64,000 nucleotides of DNA from the human T2T-CHM13v2.0 reference genome, Homo sapiens, in NCBI RefSeq assembly GCF_009914755.1, contig NC_060929.1; one strand, given 5' to 3'. A program made the position numbers and the translations under genes. The notes under the pieces were generated by a model. It searched no databases, was not told where the DNA came from, and worked only from the letters and a program-made list of their open reading frames with translations. Positions 15,659 through 31,950 of this stretch are shown piece after piece; within the stretch, counting starts at the first letter, position 1; every line of letters begins with the position of its first letter.

Positions 15659-16138
15659 CTGCGAGGATACTGTTACTTTTAGAGACCCTGGAGCATAATG
15701 CGTGTGATGCCAGCTGTTTCCAAGGGGTGATAATGTATTCGAGGTCACACAGCTGGCAGAAGCAGAACTCGTAACAATAACACCCATGACAAGGACAATG
15801 ACGATGATCAAACAATAACAATCAGCAGCTATTTAGCACTGGCTCTGTGTCAGGCACATTGCCAAGAGCTCTTACTTGCATACTCTCATTGAATCTTCCC
15901 GACAACCCTATTATTATTTTACAGATAAGAAGACAAATTATCAGAGAGGCAAAGTAACTTGTCCAAGGTCACACAGCAGGTAGGAGCAGAGGCTGATTCC
16001 ATAGCCTGTGCTGGCAACCACTGGGCTGTTCTGTTTTGGACCTAGACTTCCCTCTAGCAGCCATTCTTGGGCCATATAATGATGATGATTTAGAACAACC
16101 ACAGTCTCCATTTGTGTCTAGTCCTGCTGAAGTCTTAC

Positions 16139-16655
16139 CAGGGCCAGTTCCATAATTTGCGGGACCCAGTTCAAAAGAAAAATGCAGGGTCCTTGTTCAA
16201 AAATCATGGGAAAAGCTTATTTTCTTTCTTCCACCATCTCTCTTGACCTGTCATGGTGTTTTTAGTTTGTTTTTTAATGCCACATTCCCTTGGGCATGGG
16301 GATACTCATGAAGTGAGTAAAGCCCCTACAGATGCCAGGACCATGTCTCCAAAACCCCAACCCTCCCTGCTTCTGTGCCCAGGCTCCTGCCAGAGTCAGA
16401 AGATGGCAGTGGTCACTGGGTGGAGACAAAGACAGCCAAGGAACCATCCCAGGTAGGCAAGAAGGCAACAGGAGGTGGGACCAGGAGGGAGATGAGGCTT
16501 CAAGTTTCCAAGTCTTCCTTGTCCCATCAGACTTCACTTACAAAATACGAATTCAAAGACAGCTACTGAAAGTTGCAGGACAATGACCATGAGCATTAAA
16601 CTCCAAGTGTGGGGCCCGTTTGAGTACCAGCTACACTGATGACACACCCATGTGC
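16139..16655 (-). mobile_element. MER45B/C-like hAT-Tip100 DNA transposon
   Basis: cagggccagttccataatttgcgggacccagttcaaaagaaaaatgcagggtccttgttcaaaaat at one end; gagcattaaactccaagtgtggggccc...cacacccatg at the other. Confidence 0.75.
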
Positions 16656-17881
16656 TTCTTTAGTAGTAAAATAGGAAATGAGGCTTCTCCAATTCTCTCC
16701 CCTCCCTGCACACAGGATTTTAACTCTGATGAAGTCCAGTTTGTCTATTTTTGGAAGTGTGATTCTCCCACGGTCTGATTCCATCACCTTCAGAAGCCCT
16801 TTATCATGGGAATGTTTCCAATCTGGGATTCAGAGAGACTTACCTAATCCCATGGCTGGGAGCCACACAATGCCAGGATGTGAAAGGGAAGTCAAAGCTC
16901 TTTGCCTCCAATTAACTAGTAACTAAGACTGAATCATCTGCCTGTGAGGAAAAGAGTCCCACAAAACTCAGCTAGGGAGCACTCACCTTCCTAAAAAAGC
17001 CAGGGACGCGGGATCTGGCACATGTCTGGAGTCATCCCATAAGCAGAAGGTGGAGGGCTGGCTCCCCTCTTTATTCCAGAAGGCCTGGAGTGATGGGAAA
17101 GGCTCTAGACCTAGTGAGTGGCCCTGAGTAGTTGTGTGAAAACTGTCTCTTCGCTTCCCCTCATGGAGCCTCAGTTTTTCCTTAAAAAGTGAGATGATCA
17201 TATAATAATTCCCACAACAGACGCTCTTCCTGTGACCCTGTGAAAGGGAAATTATTTGAAAGCTGTTACTCATGGCATAAAAATTGGTTATTACCACTAC
17301 TGTTCTTCATTTAGCAAAGACTGACCTGGCACTCATTGCTGGACCCAGGGCAGTGCCAAGCATGGGAGTGAACCCTAGAGGCTTCTGGGGAGACACAAAA
17401 AGATCATGGGCTTTGGAGGCTGGAGGCTGTCTATTCCCACCCCACTCCACCCTCCCCTACCACATGCGCCCCTGACCAGCCCACCTCCTACCACCCATGA
17501 CTTGATGGGAAGAGCAAAACTGGGCTTGCAGATGCCACTTTATTCCTCCACTCAAGGAGAAAGCAAGGACATTCTCACAAAGGACATGTTTGATTCTTCC
17601 AACTTGGTTCTCTGAGACAGAGCAGGGAGGTGGACAGAGGTGGGTGTTCACCATTACAAGATGGTATGTCCTTTCCTCACGTTCTGTGACAGTTAACTTG
17701 ACATATGTCTGTCTCCTCATTAAGCTGTCAGCTCTGGGGTCCAAGACTGATGTAAATTATCTTGTATCACTCCACATTGCCAAGCCTGATCTCCTTTCTT
17801 CTTTCCTCTCATTCACTCATTCATAAAATCAATTAACAATGTGCAAGTGAGCCCTGCTCTGGGTACTAGGGAAGCTCACTG

Positions 17882-17982
17882 AATGATGATGATGATTATA
17901 AGATGAAGAAGAAGGAGGAGAAGAAGTTGGATAAGGAAAAGGAGGAAGATGAGAAGGAAGAAGAAGAAGAGGACAGGAAGAA
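17882..17982. repeat. Purine-rich (GAT/GAA/GGA) low-complexity tract
   Basis: gatgatgat...gaagaagaaggaggagaag. Confidence 0.85.
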
Positions 17983-17984
17983 TC

Positions 17985-18200
17985 ACTGACATTTATTGAC
18001 TACTTTGTGCCAACCATTTGGCACATATTTTCTCAGTTAATTCTCCTGGGGCTCTGTGACATGCATATTATTATTTTCATTTTACAGATGAGGAAACTGA
18101 GGCTCAGAGAGGCCAAGTTTCCATAGTAAATACCATCTGAGCTGAGATCCAAAGACAGGTGTGTCTGTTTCTAAAGCCATACCCTCTTTACCACCAGACT
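17985..18200 (-). mobile_element. MIR (representative; further MIR relics near 3.6, 7.0, 9.8, 15.9, 20.5, 22.1, 23.6, 37.8, 58.0-59.3, 60.1 and 61.6 kb)
   Basis: MIR core cattttacagatgaggaaactgaggctcagagagg. Confidence 0.85.
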
Positions 18201-18469
18201 CTGGAGACAGCAATAAATAATGATGGTGGCAGTATGTGGAAAATGCAATGCCTGGTATCCAGTAGGTGCTCAATAAATGCTTCTTTAAATTGGGTTGTGT
18301 TGGTTTAAATACTGGCATTCCAAGATTTCTGGACCCATGGAGACCAAGCTAGATCCTTTTCAACTTCCCTCTTGGAGCCTAGGGCTTGAGGGGACAGGGG
18401 AAGATGGGCCTTGCAGCCCCCAGACCTAGCAAGGAGGCAGCTCTCACTCTTCCCACCCGGACAGAGTAC

Positions 18470-19340
18470 CCTTTGTTTATTGTGCCTCTGCATCCTACCC
18501 AGTAATTAGCATTGGCAGCTTCATATTGAGCTTTTGTTTTCATAATTCTTTTGCCCGCGATGACATAATAAAGGGAATATTGATTCAATCCCAACTCCTC
18601 TTGGCCAGAAGCCCACATCAACCAATAAAAAAGAATTGCTAATTGCAGAGTGCGCTTGCCCAGCTGAGGCATTGGAGCAGGGCATTTTGATAGTGGCTGG
18701 AGGGCAGGCAGCTCAACCTCTAAACCCCCCTGGTCTGGGCACCAAGTCCTGTCCTGGGCACGGGACACAGTCCTCCAGCGAGACCAAACCCAGCTTCTCT
18801 ACAGCACCAGGAAGAAGGCAAGCTGGGCCACCAGGGCGCGGCCCCAGGAAGGAAAATCCTCCATGGTCCTGTTGACAGATGTGGTATCAAATGAATTGTT
18901 CTCTGCTTAGACACGACTTTGATATTTATTGGTTCAAATTGCTCGGCTGACTCAGTCTTGCGTAAGTCTCCCTGGTCCGTTTTAATCTTGACGTTTTGGG
19001 AAGCCACACTGATGTGGGTAATGACTGGGTTTACCTGGGATCAAAATGAAAAGGGAGAAGGGGGGGGTCTGGAATAATTACAGTGGGGCAATGTATATTT
19101 TTGTGTAATCTGGAAAGGTGATTTATGAGGCCGATAAAAATGATAATGTTTTCTGCGTGGAGCCAGCATGGATTAGCTTGCAACAGAGCTTTCTTTGCAG
19201 GAAATGAAGGGGGTGGTGGCTGCCGTTTACTAGGCAAATAGTTGTTCTGAATCTCTGTTTTTTTCACTTCACTTCTGAAATTACTGAGATAAGGCACATT
19301 GGAATATAGATTGTGGTCCTCCTTCGGTTACTGTGAATTA
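18470..19340. promoter_or_regulatory. Candidate developmental enhancer (motif-dense, no recognisable repeat)
   Basis: CCAATAAAA 18622, TGACAG 18873, CTTTGAT 18917, TTTATTGG 18925, TGACTCA 18948, TGATTTATGA 19119, several TAATT; motif evidence only. Confidence 0.4.
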
Positions 19341-21665
19341 AAATTTGTTTCCGGAGTGCAGGGAGGTAGGGATGGGATTTGTGTAATTAAGACCAGAAAA
19401 ATGATGGGGAGGGAAGGGAATCCCCCAACCCCCATTCCTGCTCTATCTTTAGAATCGAAGCGCGGACGGACCCTGGTGATTTTGTTAAGCTTGGCTGGAA
19501 TGAGGATTCCTGGTTCCGGGAGGAAGCTTACATAACTTCCTGGGCGGTCTCCTCCCAACCAATGCCCATTTTGCTGACCCAACTGTAAATGAATCAGAAA
19601 CATTTCACTTCCATCCCTCTGAATTTGTAGTTCATAATCTCACAGGAAAATAGTAGTAGAAAAAGCTCCCAAGTATTTGCTCAACTCAAGATGGAAAGAA
19701 AATTGTAATAAAGGTTTAGTTTTACTCAATGTCTTCACCCTCCTTCAAAGTGTTCCTTATCTCCTCATCTCCAGGAAGGCCCACCAAGCAACAGACCCTC
19801 CCAGGCCCCACTCTGCACCAGGTGGGACACAGTGACCATGGAGGCAGTGCCTATAAGACTCATGCAAAGCCACCTCCACCATGCACGTGCCTCAGCCAGC
19901 AGATGCATTCATCTGGGCTCAGTCAGCTTCCACGCTGGCCCTAACGGTGATGCCTCGAGCTCTCCTAGTATCCAGTCTCTCTGACCACCACTTAACCCGC
20001 TTTGCTCCTCTGATCTTGATTAAGGAACATTCATTTTCCTAAGCAGTGGCCCTCATTCCTCCCAGACTTTGAAGGGAATTCAAATGCGGGGGAGAGAAAT
20101 GCTTTCTCTCAAGGTGTTTAAAGGTCTCCAAAGGGTGACATTTTGAAAAATCAGGGCTGGTGTGGACTCAGCAACCACTACTCATCCTCCCATCCACCTT
20201 GACAGAGAGATCATGCTCCTTCTTCCTCATGAGACCAAATGTGGTCCCAGAAAACTTGACAGAATGTAGACTCGTCACCCCATCAGAGTTGGCCCTTGGG
20301 CGAAACCCTCTCCCTATCCTTGCCAGAAGTCATAAGGTGCATGAAAGCACCTGAGCACATGTCCCTGGTACCGGTACCTGGTGCCTGATACCTGAGATCT
20401 GCCTCTGGGGTGATGTTAGATACTTGGCACCTTTGATCCACCCAACTCTCACAGCAACCCCAAGGGTCAAAATTTATTCTGTTTTATAGGTGAGGAAAGT
20501 GAGGCACAGAGAGATAAAATCACTTGCTCAAGTTCACACAGGCAGTAAATGGTGGCATTGGGATTCATGTGCAAGTCTAATGTTGCTTTAAGTTCACAGA
20601 TACCAACTCTTCCTCCCCCAAGGTGTGTTAGATGGGCTTGTGTCAGAGTGAGGTGCTGTGGGATGATCATGGAAAGAATAGGAAGAAAGTTTCGAAAATG
20701 ATCTCATTGACCTACTAAAACACTCACATGATAAACTTGGAAGTCGTCCAGGTACAAAGAGTCTTATAAGTCACCCGGCTGGGGAGAGAAGCAGTGAAAT
20801 TGGAAGCCACTTCCGCTGAATCAATCAACAGGGTTCTGAGGCTTTCCCCTTATGTTAAGTTTTTATGGGTTCCCAGTAGATTGCTGGTAGGATTATGGTA
20901 TTGGATGGACAGAGATACATTAGATCTGAGGCACAGCCCATCTCTTCTCCCCAAGAGGAAAATGAAGGACAGTGGATGTATTCATGCTTATGGTCATAAA
21001 AAGGCAACAAACTATTTTTTAAACCATAAAATTTTCTCCAGCAACAAGGAAAGTATTATGGACATGTAGACCTTCTAGAATATGAAATGCAAAAGGCCTT
21101 GTTCCCTTTAGGGCCAAAAATTATTTATTTATGTATTTACTTACTGTAATCTTGTAATAAAAAGAGTTATTATGACAGTAGAAATATCTATGCATGAGAT
21201 AAAGCATCTTACTGCCCTGAGCCCTGAGCCTGCCATCGTGTGAATGCTCCTTAAGGATTAGGTTCATTCACTGAATGAACGTTTCTTTGTGTTTACTACC
21301 TGCCAGACCCAGTGCTAGGCTCTGGGGGATACAGTCACAGGACGAAGTCCTTGCCCACAGGGAGGGAGGGGGGAGTGTTGAAGGCAAACAGAAGCACATG
21401 CACAAGGTCTAAAGCAACTGAGGTCAGGCCTGTCACACAGCAAGAGGGAAGCTGGGGTGCAGAGGGGGTCAGTAAGGACCAGGCAGGCAAGGGAGGCAGG
21501 TCCAGATAGGATAGCCTTTCCAGAAGGCCACAGAGCTTTCTGAAGAAGGTGATGTGATTAGACCCTTTTGGCTGAAATGGAGAAATTGAATTGGAAAGGG
21601 ACAAAAGTGGAAGTAGAAAAAGGACAGAAAGAGGCTGTTGCAAGAATCCAGATAAGAACAATGGT

Positions 21666-21975
<310 letters not shown>

Positions 21976-22410
21976 CAATGGTGGCTGGACCTAAGGCAGG
22001 GCAACGAAGGGGAGCACATCACTAATATAATAAACCCTTCGAGCTACACAGTCCTCTTCAGTTCACACTGTGCTTTCAGACACATTATCTTATCTAATTT
22101 GTGTGACCTCTACAAAAAAAGAACTATTATGCCTCATTTGCTAATAAGGAAGTTGAAGCTTATGAAAGTTAAGGGACAGGCCCAGGGTTCACAGCTGAGC
22201 CAGGCTCCAAATCCACATCATCTTATTCCAGTTTTAAGTTCATGCAACTGAGACTAAAGTCGCTGCTATGATAAAGCGGTACTGCCTTGAATGTTATGTT
22301 TTCTGGAGGGAAAAAGAGATCGTGGGCAAGTGACTTTATCAGCTTTTCCACTCCTTGCCTATGTTCTTTTGCCGGTTATTACAATTCCTTGAGGTCTTAT
22401 TTTTTCCCCC

Positions 22411-22702
22411 TTTTATTTTACTTTTTATTTCCATGGGTTATCGGGGAACAGGTGGTATTGGTTACATGAGTAAGTTCTTTGGTGGTGATTTGTGAAATTT
22501 TGGTGTACCCATCACCTGGGCAGTATACACCACACCTTATTTGTGGTCTTTTACCCCTCACCCCCTTCCCACCCTTTCCCCCTGAGTCCCTAGAGTCCAC
22601 TGTGTTATTCTTAAGCCTTTGCATCCTCATAGCTTAGTTCCCACTTATGAGTGAGAACATATGATGTTTGGTTTTCTATTCTTGAGTTACCTCACTTAGA
22701 AT
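22411..22702 (-). mobile_element. L1PB-like 3' end
   Basis: ggggaacaggtggtattggttacatgagtaagttctttggtggtgatttgtga...cccacttatgagtgagaacat. Confidence 0.85.
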
Positions 22703-23784
22703 TTGTCTCTAATTTGCAGAAGAGGAAAACCAAGAGCTTGGGGAGATTAGGTGGCTTGCCCAAGATCACAGAGAGAAGGGAAGAGTCAAACCTTAGAGTC
22801 AGATCTTTTGACTCGTGTTCAATTCTACATCTTTATGTGATTCTAGGAATCATGAATTTGATAACAAAGAAAGCAAATACATTTTTCCACTATAATAAAT
22901 CTGTCACAGGTCACAGAGATTACAGGTGTATATCTACCTTACACTAATTTCTCATCTACCTACTATGTGCCAAACACTGAGTTAGGTGCCAAGACAAAAA
23001 ACAAAACAAACAAAACAAACAAACAAACAAAAACTTCATCCGATCATCCATTACCTCATTAATTGAGAACATTGATTACATGTTGCTTGCAGGCCAGGTT
23101 TACCATTTGCTCACCATGCCAGAATGCAATTTGAATTAACTCTAGAAAGGGGTAGGAGTTGGCCAGGTGGAGGAGCATCCCAGATAAAAGGTAGAGCACA
23201 AGCAAAGGTATGCTGTGAAAGGGGTGTGGTGGCGTCCTTGGGTATCAGGGAGCAGTGCAGAATGCATCCGGAGGGCCAGAAACTGGCTCCCATTGGGAAG
23301 AGTTGGTCCATGAGGCAAGGAAGGTTGACCTGGGTTCCTTTACCTCCTCTATCCAGTAGTGAGGCTGTTTTCTCTCTCTGCCCTTTCTTTCTTTGCCATA
23401 TGCCATGACCCCAAAAATCAAATGACTGTAGGCTGGTAACATTAAAAAGCAAAGCAGGGGGCTGGGAGTGGGATAGACTGGGAAGGGTCTTGAAGAAACT
23501 TCCTGGTGCATATTTCCAGAAAGCCAGTAACCAGTGATGCAACAACAGTTATATTAAATGCCTATTGTATGCCAGATACTATGCTAAGCTAGTATTATCA
23601 CATTTAAGGTTCACTTTAGCCTACTGATATAGGCTCCATTTTTAGCTCCGTTTTACAGATGAAAAAAAGAGGCACCAAGAGGTGAGACGCCTGCCCAAGG
23701 CCTCACTGCCAGAGGGAGTGGGTGCCAGGACCAGAAGACAGTCTGATCACAAAACACGTGCTCTGAATCAGCTTTGCTTTGTGG

Positions 23785-24030
23785 CAGAAGTAACACACTG
23801 GAGTGCACCTGCAAATGTTTCACTTGACCATTGGCATAAATTGTTTCTTGTCATTTAAACATCAGAAAAATGTAAATGTTTACATTTAAACGTCATGTAA
23901 AAATGAGAATATCTGGCAACACCAAACCTGCAATCACAAGCCAATTAACAATTACAGCCAAGTAGGAGAGACCTATGCCCCCGAGTTCACTGCAGTCCCC
24001 ACTACTCCCTATTGTCTTAGCACTGGATTC
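23785..24030 (+). mobile_element. MER102-like relic
   Basis: atctggcaacacc...gagttcactgcagtccccactactccctattgtc. Confidence 0.6.
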
Positions 24031-25464
24031 CTAATTCGCAATTCTTCCCAGCATTATGAAAAATGTTGAGCATACAGAAAAGTTGAAAGAATTGTGCAGT
24101 GAACACCAAATACCTAGATTCTACCATTAACATTTTACTCTACTTGTTTTATTACTTACCTGATTATCTTCCCATCTCTCCATTCGCTCATATTCTTTTT
24201 GATGCATTTCAAAGTCATTAACATCAGTATACTTTACCTTGCAACACTTCTGCTTGCATGTGTCCATCTGTGTCATTCATTAGAGCTCAACATTTGCTTA
24301 GTTTCTTTTCTTGAGATGAGATTTATATATAGTGAATTGCACAATCTTAAGTGTTACCATCCTATGAGTGCTGATGAATGCAAACGCTGATAAGCCCAGA
24401 CCCCTCCACGATATAGAACATTTGCCTCTCCCGGAAGTTTCTTCATGGCCCTTCCTACTTCATCCCACTGCCACCTGGAGCTCCCTTGGCCTGCCTAGCA
24501 TAAGCAAAGGCATCCTGCCCTTCTCTAAGTGCCCCCACTGCTGGGCTACCTGGAGAGAGAATACAGGTTACAGAGAGTGTGATGCAATCAGTCTGTGGGT
24601 GATGGGGGCTGGGGCAGCCTTGAGCAAGGAGGGAGGGCAGTTCTGCACCCCCATCCAGACATCCACTGGACATCTAGCTGAATGACCATCAAGTCATGCG
24701 TGAGCCATGGGAGGCCTCTGAGCGGGGCTCTCCTCCCTTTAGATATAAGAATTTCTACAATTTCCCTCAAAAGACATTTCTAATCTTCTTGGCTTTTTTC
24801 ACCACCCTCTTTTAGTCATGCAGGTTTGATTCAAATGTTTTGAGTGGTACCCCTTATTTGCCCCAAGCACATGGTTTAACCCAGCCCACCTGGACACAGC
24901 ATCCTCTCATTTTCCTTTGAGCCACCGAACATTTTCTGTGTGCAGAAAAAGGGTCCCGGATGCTGGCTAACCACCGTCATGCCCATGATCAGCCCTGGGA
25001 AGCCTGGCTGAGCCCTGCGGTGTTAAGCCTCATCCCAGCTTAGGAGGTGAGATGAACGGAGGTCCCACACGTTGCCAAAGAGCTCAGAGCAAGGCCAGAG
25101 AGACCAGGGAGCATCTGAATCACACTCTGGACTATTGGGACAACAGCTTCTGATGTCTCAAGTCCATGGATATTTCTCTGTGCAAGATCCTGGCCAAAGA
25201 CAGGTTCACAGGTATCAGAGATGGAGACACAAAAAAAATGATAAGTTGCCTCAAGAGCCTTAAGGTATTCCCCTTCCCCATCTCCAACATCTTCCCCAAG
25301 CCGTCCTTGATAAAAAGAAAATCCAGGTAAAATCAGCATGCTTACATAATAAGTATAAGACAATTCCTCCAACCCCCACTCCCAGTCAGCTGGTCATTTC
25401 TAAAACCCTCCTATAAAGAAATTCTAGAATGACCTCTGTGAAAGACCCTTGCTGGTTTTTGAGA

Positions 25465-26425
<961 letters not shown>

Positions 26426-26699
26426 GTAGTTCATTTTGTAACACTTGACGGAATTTTTAACTACAGATTCATTGGATGGTTGACTTGCTTACCTGGCACC
26501 CTGTTTGATTTTAAGGAGCCACAGCTCCCAGTTTTAATCCTTTCTCTGCCATCACTCATGGGCGAGGGGGGTCTTGATTAACTCCTTACGCCTCTCAAGG
26601 CCTTAGGGTTCCCATTTGTTAGGGGGAAAAAAACAAGATTAGGTTAGTCTGACTTTTCCAAACTTTCCTAATCAGAAGAATCACTGAGTCACACAGAAA

Positions 26700-27720
26700 A
26701 GGGGTTACAAATTGCTCTTAAATATGGGGAAAATGCTCAGTCTCATCATCATGAGGAAATGCACATTAGCTTGGTGGAGATAGCTAAAAGTTGATAACGT
26801 GGAGGGTGTGAGAGCAGCGGTGCGTCTCATCTGTTGCTGTGGAATGGGCATGGTTCCCGCCTCTCAGAAGCAATGTGGCAATACCACTCAAAACAACAAA
26901 GGCACAGGCTTTTGACCCAGTCAGGCCACTTCTAGGAATGTTTCTTAATCATGTACACATGTGAAGAGATGTAGGTACAAAATTGCTTCTTTCAGCATTG
27001 TTTGCATTGGCAGAGGATCAGAAACAACGTAAATGTCCATCAACAGGGGATTGATTAAATACACTATTGTTCATCTATACAATAGATTACTACACAGCCA
27101 TTAAAAAATGTGAAGAGGGTAAATCTCTTGGTAAGTATTCTTGCTACAAACATGAAATGAAATAGAATACAATAAAATGAAATAAAAGAGAGCACTTTAT
27201 CTAGTGGTGTGCTGGCAAATGTTTAACATCCAGTTCTCTAGCTGGGGAGGCTGGGGTGGGGTTCACTCTGACTGCAGCATTTGCTTGTGGTTTAGATACT
27301 TCCACCATGGTCAACTTCAAGCAACCAACATGAGGTCACTGAACTTGAACTTGAGAAAAGATTCATCTCTGTTGACTCTAGCCCATTACTGCCTTTATTA
27401 ACTGATATGAAAAGATCTCCAAGATGTATTGAATAAAAGAAAAGGCAAAACACAGAACAGTATACATAGTAGGTATTATTAACATAAAAAAAGAGGAGAG
27501 GGTAAAAAATATATACGTATATAAATACTGGCCTGTGTATCACAGATTTCACTGGAAGAATACACACACAGACACACACACACACACACACACACAAGTA
27601 CACACACAGAGAGCCACTAATTTTGTAATTGGGGATGGGAACCAAGAGGCTGGTGGTGGGGGGCAAAGTGGATGGAAATGCTTTATTATCACTCATGTAT
27701 ACTCTGTCAAAGATCTATGA
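26700..27720 (+). mobile_element. Degenerate L1ME-like 3' region containing MER63 and a CA repeat (27562-27608)
   Basis: tttgacccagtcaggccacttctaggaat, aaatgtccatcaacaggggattgattaaat, tacacagccattaaaaa. Confidence 0.6.
27202..27391 (+). mobile_element. MER63-like hAT-Blackjack element
   Basis: TIRs tagtggtgtgctgg ... ctagcccattactg; 8-bp TSD actttatc / cctttatt. Confidence 0.7.
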
Positions 27721-28203
27721 TATGAATGTCTCACATCTAAAAGATTGTTAAGACTGCCATGTATCACCTGGAAGATTTATTGAGTGCTAATTCCATGGCC
27801 TCTCCCAGGAGATTTTAACCTGACATCCTTGGTGTGATGCTGGAAAAATCAGTTTTTAACAGATTTCTCAGATGAGTCTTAAAATTAGGCAAATTTGAGT
27901 GGCACTGTCTAGCCCAACCTTTCCATTTGATGAGAAATGCAGTAAGTGTGGGGATTTTACATGGCCCACAGAGGGGAAGGGCCTGACCTCCAGGCACCAG
28001 GGGAGTCAGGGCTGAACCCAGGGCTGACACGCAGCCTCACCCCCTTGCCTGGGCCATGCCCCGTGCTTTCCAGGGCTGGAGCCTGGGCATGGTCTTACCT
28101 GCAGCACTGAGACCCAGAAAGAGATATGGCCTGTCTGGGCTCACACAGCCACTGCCCAGGAAAATTCTACCCAATATACACCCACAAGAACAATCCACAG
28201 GAG

Positions 28204-29499
<1,296 letters not shown>

Positions 29500-29779
29500 A
29501 AAAACAATCCACAGGTCTCCAATCTACATCCTGAGCAACTGGACTCAAACCCACTAGTCAATGTCAATCAAGGCTTTATCCTCAGAGGATCAGAGGACAA
29601 CACTGCCCCAGCACCCTGGCAATCCCTTCAGATGAATGACCTGGGACAGGGCAGAAGACCCTTTTGTGTGAGCTCTGGCATGTAAAGTATCGTCTCTTAC
29701 CTTGCCGGCATTCGTCGCCAGCTGCTGTCTCACAAAGATGAGAGGTGAGCTGGGGAGGGGATAGAGAAAAGAAAAAGAA

Positions 29780-30340
29780 AGAAACAAAAGCCGTTTCTCC
29801 CCAAGTGCTTTGCCATTGATAGCTGATATGCTTGGCTGCCATTCAGTCCCTCGCTGTCTCCTGTGTCTCTGTACCTGCCTTTTGCACACATAATTAATTG
29901 TGTGTTTTCAAAAATGGCACATCATTCCGCCATATACAACAACAAACTCAGTCCAGAGACAAATTGAATCAAGTTCTCTGGGTGTTTTTTTTTCTCACTT
30001 CAATTAACACGAAGACTGGCATATATCAGAGGTGCAAATCTCCTAGCGTTATGTGACCACAAGCAGGGATGCAGCAGAATGTACACCCCCAATTATGTCT
30101 TTAAGTGCTCATTGGAGACACTTGTAATCATGTTTTATTACTGGTCTCCTCCCCAGCATAATGAACTTTGATGAAATAATGAAACAGCCCTGGCGCCTGA
30201 GCAGTCAGGCTGGCGGCCTTGCCAGCTAAGACCTCCCATGAGTACAATAGCCTGAGCGGGGCGCCCGGCTCCAGTGGCAATGGGGCGGAAAACCTGGCTC
30301 CCCGCCCTCAGCTCCCCGCCTCCTGGCTGCTGGGCCTGCC
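29780..30340. promoter_or_regulatory. Candidate enhancer
   Basis: TAATTAATTG ~29893, TTAAGTG 30101, TTTTATTA 30133, ACTTTGATG 30165, GGCGCC at 30192 and 30260; motif evidence only. Confidence 0.35.
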
Positions 30341-31322
30341 CCTCTGAGTCAAAAAAATGCCACAGCCAATTGGAAATGGGGAGCAGGCCAGGAAAGCTGG
30401 GGCTCACAGAGCCTCAGAACAGAAGTACTGGACAGGAGTTAGGTGGAGGACATCTCTTCCAACCCACCTTGTCAAGATGGGGAAACTGAGTCCCAGAGAG
30501 GGAAAATATTCTCACTGAGGCCACGCAGTGGCAGAGAAGGGACTCAAAGAGGGGACTCGAAAGACCTCTCCAAATCCTAGGTATTTCTTTAGTCTCTACA
30601 GGATTCTCTTACCCAGTGTCTCCCAGCCCCAAAGAAGCTTTGAGAAATCTCAGATTCCATGGTCCCACCCAGGAAATACTAATTCAGTAGGCCTATGGGC
30701 AAAGCCAGGCATCTGTGCTTCCCAAGCAATTCTGAACATCAGCAGATGTGGTTGAGAAGTTGAGATTGACAGGAAGTTTAAAGTCCTCCTGGATGAAGGT
30801 TGCTATTTCTCCTTGCAACTAAAAGTAGGGGCACAGCCTAGCAGCACAGGCATCCCCAGGAGGTCCTCAATCAGAATCTGCATCTTGGCATGCTCTCCAG
30901 CTTGAGGAGCACTGCTATATCCCCTCAGTGCATCCCAGAGGGTCTCCTGAGGATCTGACTCCATCATGATAGATAACCAACACCTTTCTGCAGAGAGCCT
31001 GGGCAATAACACCGTCTGCCATGAGCCCAGATGCTGACGCCCCACAAAGAGCCGATATTATCCCCATTTTGCAGTTGAAGGAACCAGGGCTGAAGAACTG
31101 ACTTGAAACTTAAAATCCAAGGCCTTCCACGGCTTCTTTTTTCCCCCTCCTAAGCCCCCTTCCCTGTTGTATATGTATAGATAGGAAAAGATAACACATA
31201 TAAAATCTCAGCTACAAGTTGTGTTTTCTAGCTGATTTGTCTAGATGCCTTTTGAGGAAAATCCCAAAGCTTCTCTGGTATTGGGATTGTATAAATTTAT
31301 TACTTTAAAAGCTCATATAGAA

Positions 31323-31424
31323 GGTTGGACGCAGTGGCTCACCCCTGTAATCCCAGCACTTTGGGAGGCCAAGGTGGGAAGATTGCTTGAGTCTAGGAGT
31401 TTGTGACCCGATCTCAAAAGAAAA
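31323..31424 (+). mobile_element. Alu left-monomer (FLAM-like) fragment with internal deletion
   Basis: gcagtggctcacccctgtaatcccagcactttgggagg...gagtttgtgacc then atctcaaaag. Confidence 0.8.
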
Positions 31425-31544
31425 AGCACAAAATGCAGATAAAAGTGTTTAAACCTCCTTGGGAAAGAAACTATTTATTTGTGTTACATTGTCTATAAGT
31501 TATTTTTAAATGCATTATAAGTAGTGTGATGCATATATGTTAAT

Positions 31545-31950
31545 TTTTTATTTTATAAATAACTGTATTGCACATTTTACACATCATTCACTTGTTTCAA
31601 GTGCACAATTCAATGACATTTTAGTACATCTACAAAGTTGCATACCATCACAGTAAATCAATTTGGGAACATTTCCATCACCCCAATAATATCCCTCATG
31701 CATATTTACTGCAATCCCTCACCCCCATCCCAGGTAACCCCAATTTTCTTTCTGTCTCTATAGATTCCATTTTTCTGGACATCCCATCTGAATGGAGTGG
31801 TTGGTCTCTTATGTCTGGCCTCTTTCACTGAAGAGTCTTGTTTCTGAGGTTCATCCATGTGGTTGCTTGTATCTGTGATTCATTCATTTTTATTCCTGTA
31901 TAGTATTCTGTTGTATGGATATACCACATTTTGTCTTTCCATTATATGTG
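31545..31950 (-). mobile_element. L1M 3' UTR fragment
   Basis: caagtgcacaattcaatgacattttagtacat...aacatttccatcacccc...ttgtatggatataccacatttt. Confidence 0.75.

Noticed and set aside
30191-30275. Canonical composite BMP response element
   Set aside because: GGCGCC is present twice but neither is followed by GTCT at 5-bp spacing; kept only as a weak motif.
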